Part shown: piece after piece, positions 12,508-24,460 of the stretch
Layout of the letters: each line of letters starts with the position of its first letter
Numbering within the stretch: the stretch's first letter is position 1
Assembly: GCF_963921235.1 (NCBI RefSeq)
Contig: NC_086097.1
Span: 254,512,001-254,576,000, forward strand
Length of the DNA: 64,000 nt
From: Mobula hypostoma
Taxonomy: Eukaryota
Direction: 5' to 3'
Position numbers and translations under genes: made by a program
Notes under the pieces: model-generated
Database searches by the model: none
Told to the model about the DNA's origin: nothing
Seen by the model: only the letters and a program-made list of their open reading frames with translations

Positions 12508-13008
12508 AAACATAGAAAACCTACAGCACGATATAGGCCCTTCGCCCACAAAGTTGTGCCGAACATGTCCCTACCTTAGAAATTACTAGGCTTACCTATA
12601 GCCCTCTATTTTTCTAAGCTCCATGTACCCATCCAAAAGTCTCTTAAAAGACCGTATTGTATCTACCCCCACCACCGTTGCCGGCAGCCCATTCCACGCA
12701 CTCACCACTCTCTGAGTAAACAACTTACCCGATATCTCCTCTGTACCTACTCCCAAGCACCTTAAACCTGTGTCCTCTTGTGGCAACCACTTCAGCCCTG
12801 GGGAAAAGCCTCTGGCTATTCATACGATCAATGCCTCTCATCATCTTATACACCTCTATCAGGTCAACTCTCATCCTCCGTCTCTCCAAGGAGAAAAGGC
12901 CAAGTTCACTCAACCTATTCTCATAAGGCATGCTCCCCAATCCAGGCAACATCCTTGTAAATCTCCTCTGCACTCTCTCCATAGCATCCACATCTTTCCT
13001 GTAGTGAG
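12508..13008 (-). mobile_element. CR1 3' fragment in the intron between the two CABLES1 exons
   Basis: ERVQRRFTRMLPG...LFSLERRR and FTQRVVSAWNGLP; tail ttttctatgttt. Confidence 0.88.
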
Positions 13009-13029
13009 GCGGATGGGAAGATTATTCAG

Positions 13030-13465
13030 ATTAAACATCAGAAATTACAAAGAAATGTGATCTAAGTGACTTTGACCATGGAATGATTGTTGGTGCCAGA
13101 TAGGGTGGTTTGAGTATCTCAGAAACTGCTGATCACTGGGATTTTCACACAAAACGATCTCTAGGGTTTATAAGGAATGGTGTGAAAAACAAAAAAATCC
13201 AGGGAGCTGCAGTTGTGTGGGTGAAAATGCCTTGTTAATAAGAGAATCAGAGGAGAATGGGCACACTGATTCAAGCTGACAGGAAGGGGACAGTAAACCA
13301 AATAGACATATTTAATAACAGTGGCGTGCAGAAGAGGATCTCTGAACGCACAACACATCTAACCTTGAAGTGGAGGGACTACAGCAGGAGAAGGTCACGA
13401 ACGTACACTCTGTGATCCCTTCATTCCGTACAGGAGGTATGTAATAAAGTTGCCACCAAGTGTTT
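13030..13465 (+). mobile_element. Tc1/mariner non-autonomous remnant (transposase N-terminal region plus degenerate terminal inverted repeats)
   Basis: Decayed frame CDLSDFDHGMIVGAR.GGLSISETADH.GFSHKTISRVYKEW, a Tc1-type paired HTH, followed by an imperfect hairpin at about 13403-13465. Confidence 0.75.
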
Positions 13466-13689
13466 ACTTTTCCGTGAAGAATGGATCTTTTGCAATGTAA
13501 TCCTTCAATGCATCAATAGTTCATCCTTGATATTGTAGAGCTGGGACGAATCTACCTGAGGCAACAACTCAGCATGTCTGCAACATTGCAGTTTGATGGA
13601 ATGGATGTGATTCACTTGCATTCTGGGCAAAAGAGTGGTTTCACAATACTGAGAGAGCCTCCATTGGTCAGGGTCCACCACGGACATTA

Positions 13690-14790
13690 TGTCCCAGCTT
13701 TCTACATGATATGCAAGCCAGACCAGTACGATATGGAGAGCAAACTGTTGCCCATGCAGCAGGCTCCTCCTCTCCACACAGCTGAACAAAGGAAAGGCAG
13801 AGACCAACGCAGTTTGGCACCAGTGGCATCACAAGAATTGCCAGTCAACATTGAACAGCATAGGACTGCCTTAGGGACTCCAGCTCCAGATTTTTCCTCA
13901 GGGTTTACTCCTGATGCCTTCCCCATGAGTGGGTATAGCCACAAGGCAGTGGAGGTTTGAGATCAGAGTTTTCCTTCTCCTAGCCAACCACGGCTGATGA
14001 GCCCCATCTGCTCAAAGTGACTGGTTTTAAGGCGCCAGTAACCCACCTTTTTTCCTTCTCCTGTCAACAGAAAAAGTTCTACTGGGCTGAGCAGTGTAAC
14101 GTGCTTCAAGGTTTCACTGCTAATGTAATGGTTTCTCTGTAGCAGCAATGTTTGGGTTACATCTAGAGATAATGGGGGCTTTGGAATGTGCACCATCCAA
14201 TGAGAAGAATGTTGATCTTCCTGTCAGTCTGAGAGAAGGGATTTTGTGGTCTTTTGTTGGGGAGAGATGGAGAGAGAGGATGCGAGTGGAGAGAGTTGGT
14301 AGACCGCCAGACGGAGTGGATTTGGACTGGAGGGTCCGTGGGTCCATGACGCTCAGAGAAGATCGACGGGGAACAAATGGATGGAAACGTGAGCTCCAAC
14401 GTGCACATTAGACTGTTTCATTGAAATGGGCCCCTTTCTTTTTTTTTGTTTCTTTACTAACCTTTAGTCAAATTGAAAATTATAAAGCTCAGTCGTTGAA
14501 TTGCATATTGTATACTGTTTGTTATTTCGTGGTACTGATTTGTAACAGGGAACACATCACGCAGCATCCACCCAAACAAGATTTCTCAAGTTGGGCTGGG
14601 CCGGAGGCTGTCTTCCCCAAGATTAAGCCGCTAGTCGAACCTGAGGGTTACAGTAGTTAAGTCACACGTGAAGGCCAGGAGCTGGACTTGGTTGTCAGAG
14701 GCTGTTTGAGACACATGCATTGGGAGCACAGTGGAACTGATCCCCACTACTGCCTCTCACACCCCAGCACCAATGACAACCCGAACGAAT
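13690..14790 (-). mobile_element. RTE-clade-like 5' UTR-derived repeat, interrupted by a solo LTR
   Basis: Minus strand ctaggagaaggaaaactctgatctcaaacctccactgccttgtggctatacccac resembles RTE 5' UTRs as I recall them. The sequence is contiguous across the LTR (13690-14094 plus 14653-14790). Confidence 0.5.
14095..14652. mobile_element. Solo LTR, 558 bp, probably Gypsy-type
   Basis: Termini TGTAAC...GTTACA form a 6-bp inverted repeat. Flanks gcag/gtag are a 4-bp TSD with one mismatch. Confidence 0.75.
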
Positions 14791-14861
14791 CATAATACTG
14801 CAGCATTAGAACTGTGTCACAAAGTCAAGAGTGCTTCTGTTATCACCAATCATTTTCATAC

Positions 14862-14933
14862 CTCCGCAATGGGGCATTTTCCTCAATGTCTTCCAGAGTC
14901 TCCAATGAAGAACGCTGAGAAACCAAGCGGCGC
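14862..14933 (-). CDS. CABLES1: CABLES1 (Cdk5 and Abl enzyme substrate 1) internal coding exon, probably exon 2, 72 bp, phase 2-2
   Basis: Minus strand reads tcttgttccttccAG|GCGCCGC...TTGCGGAG|GTatga. Translation (R)RRLVSQRSSLETLEDIEENAPLR(R) matches the vertebrate CABLES1 peptide as I recall it (RRRLISQRSSLETLEDIEENAPLRR). Splices in frame to the 12060-12152 exon. Confidence 0.93.
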
Positions 14934-15324
14934 CTGGAAGGAACAAGACCACACAATGAAACTCTGCTATACATACTCCAATTCAACCCACAATGACTGA
15001 GGAACAATCTCTGCACCTGCGGATCAGTACAGGACAGAACTGCTATTTCAAAAAAAAATCCTTTGGTAATTTTGCACCGGAAACAATATTTAGAAATATT
15101 ATTTTTGGCCAGAAATGTCACAGTGTGTTTCTCTGGATTTTCAGCATCTGCACAATCTTTTGTGCTTAATGTTTAGAAATTCCTCTTTTTCTGTGGTGAA
15201 ATTTCTGAAACCAAATTATACGAACTTGGACAGGTTGTGGGGGAGAACACACAGACAAATTGTACAAGTGTCATCAGAGATCTTTCATCATGGACCAGAA
15301 TGGTCTATGTTCTACTACCCAGCG

Positions 15325-16275
15325 AATGTTGAAATGCCTTGATAGAGTGGAGACGGAGAGTATGTTTCCTATAGTGGGGGAGCGTAGGACCAGTGGGCAC
15401 TGCCTCAGAATAGAAGGACATCCATCTAGAACAGAGATGAGGAGGAATTTCTTTAGTCAGAGGGTGGTGAATCTGTGGACTTCATTTTTACAGATGACTT
15501 AGAGCAGAAGTTGATAGATTCTTGATTAGTCAGGGCAGGGAGAAGGCAGGAGAATGGGGTTGAGAGGGATAATAAATGAGCCATGATGGAATGGAAGAGC
15601 AGACTCAACGAGCCAAATGTTCTGATTGTGTTCCTATGTCTTATAAGACCATAAGACATAGTAACAGAATTAGACCATTTAGCCCATCAAGTCTGCTCTG
15701 CCATTCAATCATGGCTGATGCCTATTCCGCCCCCCCCCCCCTCAGCCCCACTCCCTGGCCTTCTCACCGTAACCTTGGATGCCATGTCCAATCAAAAACC
15801 TAACACACTCTGCCTTAAATACACCCAACGTCCTGGCCTCCACAGCTGCCTGTGGTAACAAATTCCACAAAATCACCACCCTCTGGCTAAAGAAATTTCT
15901 CCGCATCTCTGTTTTAAATTAACGCCCCTCTATCCTAAGGCTGTGCCCTCTCGTTCTAGACTCCCCCACCACGGGAAAAGTCTTTTCTACACCAACTCTA
16001 TCTAGGTCTTTCAAAATTCGAAAGGTTTCAATGATATACCCACTCATCCTTCTAAATTCCAGCAACACAGAGCTATCAAACATTCCTATATGATAACCCT
16101 TTAAACTTCTCCAATGCCAACATACAGTATCTTTTCTAAAATGAGCGCCCAAAACTGTACAGTACTCAAGGTGAAGCCTCACCAGTGCCTTATAAAGCCT
16201 CAGCATCACATCCCCGCTCCTGTATTCTAGACAGCTTGAAAAGAATGCTAACATTGCATTGCCCTTCCTCACCAT
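15325..16275. mobile_element. Two CR1 3' fragments joined tail-to-tail (+ 15325-15643; - 15644-16275)
   Basis: Both carry RRNFFSQRVV-type ends. The junction ctatgtcttat/aagaccataagacatag is quasi-palindromic. Confidence 0.85.
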
Positions 16276-17712
16276 GCAAACGTCACTCCACTCGTTAAAA
16301 GGGAGAAAGGCAAAATAAAGGAAATTATAGGCCAGTTAGCCTAACCTCAGTGGCTAAGAAAACGTTGGAGTCCATTATTAAGGATGAGGTTTTGGGGTAC
16401 TTGGAGGCTAATGTGAAAAGTAGTCAAAGTCAGCATGGTTTCTATAACGGAATATCTTGCCAAAGCTGTTAGAGGTCTTTGACGAAGTAACAAGCAGGGT
16501 GGACAAAGAAGAGGCAGTGGATGTCATTTACCTGGATTTTCAGAAGGTATTTGTTAAGGTGTCACACATGAGGCTGCTTAACAAAATAAAATCCGGTGGC
16601 ATTACAGGAAAGATACTGGCATGTATATAGAGGAATGGCTGACAGACAGGAGGCAGCGAGTGGGAATAAAGGGGTCTTTTTCTGGTTGGCTGCCAGTGAC
16701 TAGTGGTGTTCCTCAGGGGTCAGTATTGGGATCACTAATTTTCACGTTGTTTATCAATGATTTGGATAATGGAATTGACAGCTTTGTGGCAAAGTTTGTG
16801 TGGAAGATACAAAGGTAGGTGGAGGGGTAGGTAGTGCTGAGGAAGCAATGCGATTGCAGCAGGACTTAGACAAATTGGAAGAATGGGCAAAAAAGTGGCT
16901 GATGGTATACAGTGTTGAGAAATGTATGATAATGCATTTTCGTAAAAGGAACAATGGTGCTGACTATTATCTAGATGGGGAGAAGGTTCAAACATCAGAG
17001 GTGCAGAGGGCCTTAACAGTCCTCGTTCAAGACTCCCAGGAGGTTAAATTACAGGTTCAGTCTGTGGTAAAGAAGGCAAATGCAATGTTGGCATTTATTT
17101 CAAGAGGAATAGAATATAAAAGCAAGGAGATAGTGCTGAGCCTTTATAATCACTAATCAGGCAGCGCTTGGAGTATAGTCAATAGTTTTGGGCCCCGTAT
17201 CTCAGAAAGGATATGTTGTCATTGGAGAGAGTGCAGAGGAGGTTCACAAGCATGATTCTGGGAATGAAGAGGTTAACATGAGGAACGTTTGCAGATTGGG
17301 GCCGGAAACTGGAATTAAGAAGAATGCGCGGTGATCTCATTGAAACCTACCAAATGTAGAAAGGACTAGGTAGGTGGAGAGGATGTTTCTCACAGTAGGG
17401 GTATCCAGAACTAGAGGATACAGTCTCCAAATTGTGGGGCGACCTTTTACAACAGAGATAAGGAGGAATTTTTTTTATAGAAGAGATTAATGAATCTGTG
17501 GAATGCTTTGCCACAGACTGCAGTGGAAGCCAAGTCCATGGGCATATTTCAGGCAGAAGTTGATCATTTCCCAATCGCTTAGGGCATCAAAAGATATGGC
17601 GAAAAGACAGTGTATGGGGTTGAGTGGGATCCAGGATCAGCCATGATGGAATAGTGGAGCAGACTTGATGGGCTGAAAGGCCTAATTCTGCAACCATGTC
17701 CAATGGTCTTCT
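16276..17712 (+). mobile_element. Degenerate CR1 (RT to 3' tail)
   Basis: [20 protein letters not shown] and VVKKANAMLAFISRG fragments. Confidence 0.85.
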
Positions 17713-17719
17713 GGTCTTC

Positions 17720-20105
17720 TGGACTCTACCTGCAACTTAACCTTCAGGGTGTTCTGCACAAGGAATCCCAAGTCCCTTTGCATCTCAGATTTTTTGATTT
17801 TCTCCCCATTTAGAAAATAGCCTGGACATTTATTTCAAATACCAAAGTGCGTGATAATGCATTTTCCAATGTTGCATTTCATTTCTCCGAATCTGTCTAA
17901 GTCCTGCTGCATCCTACTTGATTGCTCAACACCACCTGCCCTCCACCAATCTCCGTATTATCTGCAAATCTGGCAAAAAGCTTATCGATCCCATCATCTA
18001 AATTATTGACATACAGCACAAAAAGAATTGTCCCAACACTGACCCCTGCGGAACATCACTAGTCACTGGCAGCCAAGCAGAAAAGGTTCCTTTTATTCCC
18101 ACTCTTTGCCTCCTACCAATCAGCTAATGCTCTATCCATGTTAGTAACTTTCCAAGCTCTTAACTTGGTAAGCAGCCTCATATGTGGAACTTTGTCAAAG
18201 GCATTCTGAGAGTGCAAATATACAACATCCGCTGCATCCTCTTTATCTATCTTACTTGTAATCTCATCAAAGAATTCCAACAGGTCTGTCAGGCAGGATT
18301 TTCCCTGAAGGAAACCATGCCGACTTTGTACTATCTTGTCCTGTGTCACCAAGTGCTCCATCACCTCATCCTTAACAATTGACTCTAACATCTTCCCAAC
18401 CACAGAGGTCAGGCTAACTGGTCTATAACTTCTTTTCTGCTGCCTTCCACTTTTCTTAAAGAATAGAGTGACATTTAAGAAATCATATGGTGCATTGGCC
18501 TTCATCAATCATGGGATTGAGTTTAGGAGCTATAATATTGCAGCTATATAGGACCCTGGTCAGACCCCACTTCAAGTTCTGTGCTCAGTTCTGGTCGCCT
18601 CACTACAGGAAGGATGTAGAAACCATAGATTAGATTATTAGATTACGAGGACACTCAGTCCTCGTTTATCGCCATTTAGAAATGCATGTATTAAAAAATG
18701 ATACAATGTTCCTCCGGTATGATATCACAGAAACACAAGACAGACCAAGACTAAAACAGACAAAAACCACATAATTATAACATATAGTTACAACAGTGCA
18801 AAGCAATACCATAATTTGATAAGAGCAGACCATGGGCACGTTAAAAAAAAGTCTCAAAGTCCTAATAGCCCCAACATCTCACACAGATGGTAGAAGGGAG
18901 AAACTCTCCCTGCCATGAGCTTCCAGCGCAGCAAACTTGCCGATGCAGCATCCTGGAAGCACCCGACCACAGTCCGACTCTGAGTCCGTCCTCTGACTAG
19001 CCCTCCGACACCGAGCACTAAGCACCATCTCTGCCGAGAGCTTCGACTCTGGCCCCAACCACCAAGCAACAGGCAAAGCCGAGGATTTGCGGCCTTCCCC
19101 CCGGAGATTTCAGATCACACAGTCGCAGTGGCAGCGAAGCAGGCATTTCAGAAGTTTCACCAGATGTTCCTCCGTGCTCTCACATCTGCCTCCATCAAAT
19201 CAGAATTGTGCACGGCCTCCTACTTGACAGATTACAGTTATCATCACCGGAGAGGCCGTGCGCGCTGCATCGCACTGCCATCTTCTCCTCCTCCCGAAAG
19301 GGTGCAGAGGAGATTTACAAGGATGTTGCCTGGATTGGGGAGCATGACTTATGAGAGTAGGTTGAGTGAACTCGGCCTTTTCTCCTTGGAACGATGGAGA
19401 ATGAGAGGTGACCTGATAGAGGTGTATAAGATGATGAGAGGCATTGATCGTGTGGATAGCCAGAGGCTTTTTCCCAGGGCTGAAATGGCTAACACGAGAG
19501 GGCACAGTTTTAAGGTGCTTGGAAGTAGGTACAGAGGAGATATCAGGGGTAAGTTTTTTTTTTACACAGAGAGTGGTGAATGAATGGAATGGGCTGCCGG
19601 CAACATTGATGGAGGCAGATATGATAGGGTCTTTTAAGAGGCTACTGGACAGATACATGGAGCTCAGAAAAATAGAGGGCTATGGGTAAACCTAGGTAAT
19701 TTCTCAGGTAAGAACACGTTCGGCACAGCTTGGTGGGCTGAAGAGCCTGTATTGTGCTGTAGGTTTTCTACGTTTCTGTTTGCAATTTTCCAGTCCTCTG
19801 GCACCATACCAGGGTCCAATGATCTTTTAACAATCATTACTAATGCCTCCACGATCTCTACCGACACCTCCTTCAGAATCCTAGTGTGCAGTTCATCTGG
19901 TCTGGGTGACTTATGTACTCTTAGGTCTTTCAGCTTTTTGAAAGACCTTAATTACCTTCTCCCTTGTAACAGTAACTGCACTTCATTCTCTTCCCTCATG
20001 CACTTCATCATCTGGCACACTGCTAGTGTCTTCCACAGTGAAGACTGATTCAGTTCATCTGCTAGCTCCTTGTCCTCCATTATTATTTGTCCAGCCTCAT
20101 TTTCC
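17720..20105 (-). mobile_element. Degenerate CR1 (17720-18476 plus 19779-20105), interrupted by a plus-strand CR1 at 18477-19778
   Basis: Host junction gagtgacattt|gcaattttccagtcc rejoins across the insert. The insert has ERVQRRFTRMLPG and a tgtaggttttctacgtttct tail. Confidence 0.8.
18630..19295 (-). mobile_element. Non-coding retroposon (about 670 bp), copy 1
   Basis: Splits CR1 aaccataga|aagggtgcag. Homologous end-to-end to 39955-40563. 5' end ggaggagaagatggc; 3' stem-loop and (aatct)n tail. Confidence 0.8.
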
Positions 20106-21738
20106 CTTAGGGAACAGTGATCACAATATGATCAAGTTCGCTTTGAAATCTGAGAAGGAGAAACTTAATTCCAATGTGTCAGTATGACAGTGGAATAAAG
20201 GAAATTGCAATGGCATGGGAGAGCAATTGGCCAAAGTTGGCTGGATAAGGACTCTAGCAGGAAGGACAGCAGAACAGCAATGGCTGGAATTTCTGTGAAA
20301 AATGAGGGAAGTGCAAGACAGATATATTCCAAATAAGAAGAAATTTTTAAATGGAAGAAGGACACGACCATGGCTGAAAATTGAAGTCAGAGCCAAAGTT
20401 ATAGAAAAAGAGAGGGCATACAAGGAAGCCAAAGCTAGTGGGAAGACAGAGGATTGGAAAGCTTTTAAAAACTTGCAGAAGGAAACTAAGAAGGTCATTA
20501 GGAAGGAGAAGATGAATTATGAAATGAAGATGGTGACTAATATCAAAGAAGATATTAAAAGCTTTTTTGTGTATAAAGGGTAAAAGAGAGTTGAGGGTAA
20601 ATATAGGACCAATACAAAATGACGGTAGACATATTGTAATGAGAGGTGCAGAGATGGCAGAGGAGCTGAATGCGTATTTTGCATCAGTCTTCACAGTGGA
20701 AGACATCTGCAGTGAAAATTACGACTGAGAAGGTGCTCAGGGAGCTTAATCGTTTGAGGGTGGATAAATCTCCTGGACCTGATGGAATGCACCCTCAGGT
20801 TCTGAAGGAAGTAGTTGGAGAGATTGCAGAGGCATTAATAACGATCTTCCAAGAATCGATAGATTCTGGCATTGTACCGGATGACTGGAAAATTGCAAAT
20901 GTTACTCCGCTATTTAAGAAGGGTGGGAGGCAGCAGAAAGGAAACTATAGACCTGTTAGCCTGACATCAGTGGTTGGAAAGTTATTGGATTTGATTGTTA
21001 GGGATGAGATTACAGAGTACCTGGAGGTACATGACAAGATAGGCCAAAGTCAGCATGGTTTCCTGAAAGGAAAATCCTGCCTGACAAACCTACTGCAATT
21101 TTTTGAGGAAATTACAGGCAGGGTAGACAAAGGAGATGTAGTAGATGTGGTGTACTTGGATTTTCAGAAGGCCTTTGACACGGTGCTGCACATGCAAGGT
21201 AAGAGCCCATGGAATTACAGGGAAGTTACTAGCATGGGTGGAGCATTGGCTGATCAGCAGAAAACAGAGAGTGGGAATAAAGGGATCCTATTCTGGCTGG
21301 CTGCCGTTTTCCAGTGGAGTTCCACAGTGGTCGGTGTTGGGACCACTGCTTTTTATGATGTATGTCAATGATTTGGACTATGGGGTTAATGGATTTGTGG
21401 CTAAATTTGCCAATGATACAAAGGTAGGTGGAGGAGCGGTAGTGTTGAGGAAACTGAGTGCCTTCAGAGAGAACTGAGATGTGGAGAAATTACTTTAGTC
21501 AGAGGATGGTAAATCTGTGGAATTTGTTGCCGCGAGTGGCTGTGGAGGCCAAGTCATTGGGTGTATTTAAGGTAGAGATAGATAGGTTCTTGATTAGCCA
21601 GGGCATCAAAGGGTATGGGGCGTAGGCAGGGGAGTGGGAATGACTGGAAGAATTGGATCAGTCCATGATTGAATGGTGGAGCAGACTCAATGGGCTAAAT
21701 GGCCTGCTTCTGCTCCTATATCTTATGGTCTTATGTCT
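20105..21738 (+). mobile_element. CR1 ORF2 fragment with an internal deletion near 21475
   Basis: ORF 20670-21371 has KSPGPDGMHP, WKIANVTPLFKKG and NYRPVSLTS. The sequence jumps from the RT domain to the 3' end. Confidence 0.88.
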
Positions 21739-21769
21739 CTTTTATTATTTTAAATCACCCCCCCCCCCC

Positions 21770-22660
21770 ATTAGCTCTAACAAACCTGCTTGCAAGATTA
21801 TTAGTTCCCCTCGGGTTTAGGTGCAATCTGTCACTTTTGACAGGTCACACCACCCCCAGAAGAGATCCCAATGATCGAAGAACCTGAAGCCCTGCCCCCT
21901 GCACCAGATCATCCTGTTTTCACCTTCACTGGAGCATGGCACAGGGAGCAATGCAGATATTACTACCTGGGAGGTCCTGCTTCTCAGCTTTCTACCTAGC
22001 TCTCCAAATTCTCTTCTCAGGATCTCTTTGCTTTTCCTTCCCATGTTATTGGTATCAATATGTATCAAGACATCTGGCTATTTTCCCTCCCTCTCCAAAA
22101 TGCTGTGGATGTGATCCGAGACATCCCTCACCCTGGAACCTGGGAGGCAACATTCATTTAGGAGTCCCATGCACGTCCACATTATCTCCTGTCTGTTCCC
22201 CTGACTCTTGAGTTCCCTATCACTACCGCTCTTCTCTTCTCCTTCTTTCTCTTCTGCACCATGGACCCATGCTCAGTGCAGTAACCCGGTCTCCGTGGCA
22301 TTCTCCTGGGAGGTCATTCCCCACAGCAGTATCCAAAGCCGTGTCCTTACTATTGAGCGGAATGGCTCTGCACAAATGGCCTCTTCACATTTCCATTTCT
22401 CCTGACAGTCACCCAGCTACTCGCCTCCTACAACTTAAGGAGTGATTTCTTCCCTGTAACTCGGATCAATGATCTCCTCACTCCCGAACAAGTCGAGGGG
22501 CATCCAGCTGCAGCTCCAGAGCCCTAACGTGGTTCTCAAAGTGCAGCAGCCGGACACAACATGCAGATGTAGTTCTCCATGAGATTCCCAGTCTTCCAGG
22601 AGACTCTGGCATGAAGAACACACAACAGCCACTTACTACATTGGGCACGGTAAGAGAAAA
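21770..22660 (-). mobile_element. CR1 ORF1 remnant (Cys-rich N-terminus plus SGNH-esterase-like domain)
   Basis: HIDTNNMGRKSKEIL...LGRKLRSRTSQVVISALLPVP and AVVCSSCQ fragments. Confidence 0.75.
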
Positions 22661-22959
22661 CAGCAGGTAACGTTTGCTGAAATATATTTGGTAATTCAGT
22701 TCCAGACTGCTGGCTGATTTGTTCTTCTTGAGGTTTGTTGTAATCTTCCCCACTGTTGACTATTCATCCCACAAAATGAACATTCTATCACTTTGCAAAA
22801 TTAGAAAAAGATGTTTTGTTTTGACTGAAGACTGAATTAATATACTGCAGATTTGGAACAGCTGTAGTGGTAGCTGTGATCCTTACAGAACACCCCTTGA
22901 CACCTTCTGCCACGCAAATCTGCCAGCCTTCTCTAACTAACCATTCAATTGTGCCCATT

Positions 22960-23235
22960 TTGTTTATTTAGAGATACAACATGGAACGGGCCCTTGTTGC
23001 TCTTCGAGCCATGTCACCTAGCAACCCACCGATTTAACTATAGCTTAATCACAGGACACTTTACAATTATCAGTGAACCTACTAACTCTTTGGACTGTGG
23101 GTTGAAACCGGAACAGCCAGAGGAAACGGATGTGTAAACAGGAAGGAACATACAAACCTGTTTATAGAGGATGTTGGAATTGAACTCTAAACTCCAACAC
23201 CAAGATGTAATAAAGTTCCGCTAACTGCTACGTTA
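22960..23235 (-). mobile_element. V-SINE-like fragment
   Basis: Plus strand tctttggactgtgggttgaaaccggaacagccagaggaaac is the reverse complement of the V-SINE core. Confidence 0.6.
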
Positions 23236-23457
23236 CCATGGCCTCTCATGTAGATTAGTGTTTGTCACCTTTAAATTTCAATTTTTTGTTCGATTTTATT
23301 CGCCATTAATGCACTTATGTAATGCCTCCTGTTTATTGGGAGACAGTTCACCCCATGCCGCCAGTCTGATCAATACTGAAGCAATGGAGATCGCTGATAT
23401 TTTTGACACCTTCCTATCACAGCCTGTGATTGGACCAGCACAACTTCAATGTCAAAA

Positions 23458-24460
23458 GCAGAATCAGGTTTAATATTAATGGCATGTGTCATGAAAATTG
23501 TATGCAAAAAAACATAAATTACAATTTTTATATATATATTAAAAAAAAGTGAAATAGTGTACATTGGTTCATTGTCCATTCAGAAATCTGTTGGCAGAGG
23601 AAAGAATGCTGTTCCTAAAACACTGAGTGTGTGTCTTCAAGCTCCGGTACCTCCTCCTTGATGGTAGCAGTCAGACCCAAAGGCTTCTCAAAAAACAGGA
23701 TGGACTGAACTGCTGATTCGGTGAAGGCAAAAGGTGGAGGTCTATGTTTCATGGATAAACTCTTCGTGGAGTTCAGATACTGTGTTCTGTCAAACTCTTG
23801 TTCCCACGCCCTGGAACATCTATCGATTAAGTGCTGACCATATACTTAACAAGAGAGTTGTCCTCTGTGACCCTGATCACAGTTTACCTACGGCCAAAAG
23901 CCAACGCTAATCAGGTACTTAAGATACTGAATGCTGCCATTGGGAAACAGCCCACCCCGACGCATTTCAGGTCCTATCTGGGAACTTCATTCAGGATTGA
24001 TTGAAGAAATCTTTACCCAATTATCATCAGCATATAACCTGCAGCACCAGAGGTCCCAAGACACTAGACCACTGGTATATCAAGATAGGGAATGCCGACC
24101 ATTCCATGCCCAGACTGCATTTTGGGAATTCTGATCATTTGGTTGTCTGCATACTGGCAGAGGCTGATGAGCAAGGCTCCAGAGATCAAGACAACAACGA
24201 GGTGGTTGTGGGAGACAGAGGAGTGACTGTGGGATTGCTTCGAGTCGTGTGCCGCACTCAAAGACTCATCAGAGGTTCTGAATGAATACAACACAGTCGT
24301 CGCAGACTTTCTTAACACATTTGTAGACAAGTGTGTCCCCACAAAATCATTCAGACTCTTCCCCAAGCAGAAGCCCTGGATAAACCGTCCGATCCAAAAT
24401 ATGCTAAGAGCCAGATCAAGGGCATTCAAGTCTGGCGACCAACTAAGATACAAGAGGTGC
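23458..24460. mobile_element. Rex1/Babar pieces: minus-strand 3' tail (23458-23670) and plus-strand decayed endonuclease/linker region (23675-24460)
   Basis: gaatcaggtttaat tail; LPNYHQHITCSTRGPKTLDHWY...PRLHFGNSDHL matches the AP-endonuclease C-terminal SDH motif. Confidence 0.7.
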
